A DNA stretch of 64,000 bases from Clostridia bacterium (GTDB lineage: Bacteria > Bacillota > Clostridia > Christensenellales > UBA1242): contig JAVVRP010000003.1 in NCBI GenBank assembly GCA_036654655.1, positions 30,284-94,283 on the forward strand, given 5' to 3'. The stretch's first letter is position 1. The number at the start of each line of letters is the position of its first letter. The notes under the pieces are model-generated. The model was not told the origin of the DNA and did not search any database. It worked only from the letters and a program-made list of their open reading frames with translations. The position numbers were made by a program, and so were the translations under genes. This document shows, in pieces, positions 63,569 to 64,000 of the stretch.

Positions 63569-64000
63569 ATGGAAATTTTTGATAAAAATTTGGCAAAAGC
63601 ATTGCTAACATGTTATAGGTATTTAGAACGAGTTACAGCATCGCTTGACAAAATTTTTCAAACGCGTGCAATGGGATCCTTTGCATGGCAGGGAAGCATT
63701 GAATTACTTACAAACAAACTTATTGGGCTTACAGAAAGAAAAACAACTTTAATTAACTTAAAAATTATTATTGAAAAAGCGTTGTTAACAATGGACTTGC
63801 AGGGTGCAAAACTTTTGGTCAAAAAATTTGTTGATTGTGAAAAAATTGAAAAAATTGCTGACAACATAAAATGTTCCAGGCGAAATGTTTCTCGTAAGAT
63901 AAATTCTGCCATTCAAAGTTTTGGTATGGCGTTAAGGCGTCAAAATTTTTCGCAAGAAAAAGTTTTAAATTTAATTAAAAGTGAAAATTGGATTAAACAA
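63569..64000 (+). CDS. Sigma-70 region-4-like HTH regulator (ArpU/RinA-like late-activator type?), 3' end outside window
   Basis: This gene is not in the ORF track because no stop falls inside the window. I read 144 codons from ATG 63569 without a stop. The HTH-like segment reads IEKIADNIKCSRRNVSRKINSAIQSFGMALRR. A strong SD is present. Confidence 0.55.
   Translation, partial: MEIFDKNLAKALLTCYRYLERVTASLDKIFQTRAMGSFAWQGSIELLTNKLIGLTERKTTLINLKIIIEKALLTMDLQGAKLLVKKFVDCEKIEKIADNIKCSRRNVSRKINSAIQSFGMALRRQNFSQEKVLNLIKSENWIKQ

Noticed and set aside
1-64000. I looked for CRISPR arrays, tRNA/rRNA/tmRNA genes, riboswitches, transposases/integrases, IS inverted repeats, and reverse-transcriptase or restriction-modification type defence genes.
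   Set aside because: No regularly spaced direct repeats are present. No GTTCGAATC-type T-arm contexts occur in the short intergenic regions. No recombinase-like ORFs are present. All intergenic gaps are under 430 nt and very AT-rich. A covariance-model scan (Infernal/tRNAscan) would be needed to exclude small ncRNAs formally.

Overview
This is an AT-rich (roughly 30-35% GC by eye) chromosomal segment that uses standard code 11. The prfB gene carries the classical CTT-TGA-C +1 frameshift, so TGA is a stop codon. The gene content points to a low-GC anaerobic Bacillota (Firmicutes): rubrerythrin, AddAB, RNase J, SpoVG, WhiA and DUF1540. I cannot place it more precisely from sequence alone.

Nearly all large genes are on the + strand. 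The housekeeping core is rplI, rnj, prfB, tsaD, addB-addA, an ABC-F ATPase, mscL, uppP, a yycJ-like MBL hydrolase, an HtrA-like protease, murB, a PHP phosphatase, whiA, dnaE, a pfkA-like gene, spoVG and murC.

Interleaved with this core is a heavy load of surface and secreted proteins:
- a 9.5-kb lipoprotein gene made of FN3-like modules ending in a GLUG domain;
- two further GLUG-motif proteins;
- a 1586-aa M6 metalloprotease with LRR and Ig-like regions;
- a tandem pair of secreted paralogs;
- several tail-anchored Ig/SH3-like proteins.

I saw no rRNA, tRNA, CRISPR array, transposase, integrase or recognisable defence system.

The observations most worth a second look are:
1. two membrane-tethered proteins carrying eukaryote-style AT-hook (GRP) motifs, one an 863-aa TM + coiled-coil + YYD-repeat + 6x AT-hook protein;
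2. a consensus Firmicutes LexA (Cheo) box placed exactly behind a TTGACA-17-TGnTATAAC promoter, upstream of a sigma-region-4-like HTH gene that runs off the window;
3. a run of transcription units whose start codon lies 5-7 nt after a -10 box with no SD (candidate leaderless mRNAs);
4. several enzymes with specifically degraded active-site motifs (YugP-like HExxH lost, ABC-F NBD2 Walker A and H-loop lost, PfkA-like F6P-site changes);
5. the GLUG/FN3 surface-protein expansion.

All family calls come from motif recognition by eye. No database searches were run.
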